DNA of 64,000 nt from Clostridia bacterium (GTDB lineage Bacteria; Bacillota; Clostridia; Oscillospirales; CAG-272). The translations under genes and the position numbers were made by a program. Of this stretch, positions 63,991-64,000 are shown piece after piece. The DNA lies in the NCBI GenBank assembly GCA_017411745.1, contig JAFQPM010000005.1, forward strand, positions 5,145-69,144, read 5' to 3'. The stretch's first letter is position 1, and each line of letters opens with the position of its first letter. Under the pieces are notes generated by a model. That model made no database searches and was not told where the DNA came from. It saw only the letters and a list, made by a program, of their open reading frames with translations.

Positions 63991-64000
63991 AAGCGGATAT

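Overview
64-kb chromosomal segment of a moderate-GC Firmicute. Gene content suggests an anaerobic Clostridia of Oscillospiraceae/Ruminococcaceae type, but this is inference only. I call about 60 protein genes and one tRNA-Glu(CUC).

The backbone is housekeeping: a U32 peptidase, uppP, an OmpR/HK pair, hprK, dgt-dnaG-rpoD, a UPF0237/UPF0210 pair, alaX-like, potABCD, a class-V cysteine desulfurase with DUF3343, comEB-rimI-tsaD, and rex with a DnaD-domain gene and a DnaC/DnaI-like loader. There is also a 7-gene aromatic amino-acid operon (tyrA-aroB-aroA-aroC-pheA-aroE::aroK-aroQ).

The most unusual content, in order:
1. A two-gene operon at 28274-33431 encodes exported proteins with cohesin-like and dockerin-like modules. 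Most of their length is about 26 copies of a Cys-rich repeat I cannot assign to a named domain. Two tandem consensus promoters and a ~320-nt leader lie upstream.
2. A ~190-nt rod-like inverted-repeat element ends in an intrinsic terminator just upstream of the cysteine desulfurase (42216-42408). It is a candidate riboswitch/attenuator or 6S-like sRNA.
3. Six DnaA boxes lie within 163 bp, directly upstream of rex and the replication-loader genes (45209-45371).
4. A 1436-aa lipoprotein of unknown function has duplicated C-terminal modules and a consensus promoter.

I saw no CRISPR array, transposase, integrase, prophage or recognisable defence genes. The very long antisense ORFs in the track are codon-aligned shadows of real genes, caused by avoidance of TTA/CTA/TCA codons. 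All functional calls come from motif recognition by eye; no database search was run.
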